Below are positions 62,501-64,000 of a stretch of 64,000 nucleotides of DNA, one piece after another. The stretch is from positions 124,001 through 188,000 of the forward strand of contig JAYWIR010000085.1 in NCBI GenBank assembly GCA_036172245.1, read 5' to 3'. Position numbers and translations under genes: made by a program. Below the pieces are notes generated by a model, which saw only the letters and a program-made list of their open reading frames with translations, had not been told where the DNA came from and searched no databases. This stretch comes from Raillietiella orientalis. Its lineage: Eukaryota. The first letter of the stretch is position 1. Each line of letters opens with the position of its first letter.

Positions 62501-63480
62501 GACAGGCATCCACGGACGGTTCAGGTGGAGGTGTGTCTCGAACCATCGGTTCTGAACAACCGAAGTAGAAATGATCAGCCCTTAGCAATAAGAACAAACC
62601 TCACTAACGGGATCTGAGGAGCTGAGGTGGCAGGAAAGGATTTCATAGGTTCGTTTTAAGCTCGATTTTGGACTATGGAACCTCGAAGAGTTCGAGCTGA
62701 TTTGGTGGCAGTGCTGATGGCCACTCACAGAGGTTTGCCAAAAGTCTTCGTAGGTTCCGCCCTGCCATCACAGTAGCAGGGCAGCTCGAATGCCTGCTGC
62801 TATCCTCACTCGAGTTTCTCGTTTCGGTCTTGACAGTTTGCAAGAACCGCTGGCGAAGGCCAGTTGGATGGGCGTAAGTTTCGTGGGTCAGCCACTACGC
62901 ATTCGGAAATACTCCTGCACCTTCCTCACTGGTCTATCACTTGGATTCGGATCTCGGGAAAGCATGCAACCGTCCGCAGGTCGGGAAACGCTTGCAACCC
63001 TGCCTGAAAGCAAGATGCTGGAATGCTAAGAGAGCATCAAATTACGATCTGAAAACGAGGCACGGTTCATTTCACTATAGCTGAATAAGAAGAAAACGGA
63101 AACATCGCGAGACTTCACTCGAACTTCCTTTTTTTTTCTTTTTAAGAAATCGAATATCTGTTTGGAAAGCATGCTTGTCATTGGGCAAGATAATCCTTTT
63201 TCCACCTTGGAGGCACAGAGCAACGGACTAAGAATTTCATATTTCTGAGTTTCTTCTACTAAAGGCATTCTTCTTCCTAGCCTTTCGAAGGTGAAAAATT
63301 TGGATAGCCTGGAGAAGACTTTGTCCCCTGAGATCTACTTGTTGTCTTTTTTCTTTCTGCAATCCTCAAGAGTGAAGCAGAAGTGGCTACTTGCCTGCGT
63401 TCGAAGCCAATTTTGAATTTAAAGAGGAGCATCTTTTGGGTTCTTGACAGCTCTTTCTTCCTCCTTTCCATTTGTTGGAT
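56600..63480 (-). mobile_element. Highly decayed, nearly full-length BEL/Pao LTR retrotransposon (gag-pol relic)
   Basis: Degenerate motifs occur in BEL/Pao order on the minus strand. DUF1759-like LVEETQKYEILSPLL…FDFLKRK is at ~63130-63270 and knuckle remnants at ~61750-61950. The RT region PRTADGWRSLDL…VLDDVSC is at ~59830-60770. RNase H/peptidase A17-like STIQRANL (cf. TIPRLEL) and TDSQNTRKWEKS are at ~58250-59090. SFLTEDGGLL (cf. PFLDEDGLL) is followed by integrase-like AALLEVWRTF and WK*RNRPHVGRW at ~56950-57900. LTRs were not identified. Confidence 0.65.
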
Positions 63481-64000
63481 ATTCTGAATGCTACAGGGTC
63501 TGCAGCTAAGCTGGAGGTGACAGTGACAAATGGATCAGGAAGAATGTTGCAGATTTGTACACAAAGGCGTCAAGAACTTGAAAGGAAACGTCTTTGGATC
63601 TGCAGAGTGCTTCCTTTCCTGATTCGGAAAAGGAATTATGATACTCAGCTTTACCTGGTTTCTTTGAAAGCTGTTTTCTCAAGGATGCGTCGTTCCGAGC
63701 TGCGTGCAGTTTCCCCAGAGAAAAGTGGCTGCTCACGCCATCAGCTCTCCTTCCGTCTCCCCTGGCCTATCCTCCAAAAGAAGAGCTCAGATGAGCGTGT
63801 GACTTTCCCCAAAGATGGAGCTGTTTGCTACAGAGACGGTTACAACCCAACCTTCATTCATCTTCCTGGGAAATTCTAAGCAGATATATCAAAAGATCTT
63901 TGACAAGAACCTCCAGTATAACAAACGCTTCCTTTGCCGACAGTTTTACGATCCTGAGGAAAAAATTCCGTTGCCAAGACAACGCCGGATGCCAGTTGCA

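Overview
This is eukaryotic genomic DNA with GT-AG introns, and its gene content looks arthropod-like. Two genes are well supported. (1) An AT-rich RCC1-repeat gene (RCCD1-like) lies on the minus strand at <1-817, with very short introns, one of only 37 nt. (2) A GC-rich ZP-N-domain transmembrane gene (papillote-like) lies on the plus strand, join(10535-10948,11007-11149,11379-13176), about 784 aa, with probable upstream exons ending at 4916 and 6603. Downstream of about 24 kb the window is mostly heavily decayed retroelements: several LINE ORF1, endonuclease and RT relics, and a nearly full-length BEL/Pao LTR-retrotransposon relic at about 56.6-63.5 kb (-). It also holds a tRNA-headed SINE-like family, two other dispersed repeat pairs, a degenerate ~23-bp minisatellite, a perfect 27-bp inverted repeat and a cluster of six AACAATG motifs. 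Several orphan exon-like segments in GC-rich islands (14.6, 22, 54.2 and 55.1 kb) may be alternative N-terminal exons of a large gene continuing past the window. Most ORFs in the supplied track are chance ORFs in GC-rich sequence. I found no CRISPR array, rRNA, intact tRNA or prokaryotic system, and I cannot claim a novel system with strong support. Homology calls come from motif recognition by eye, not database searches.
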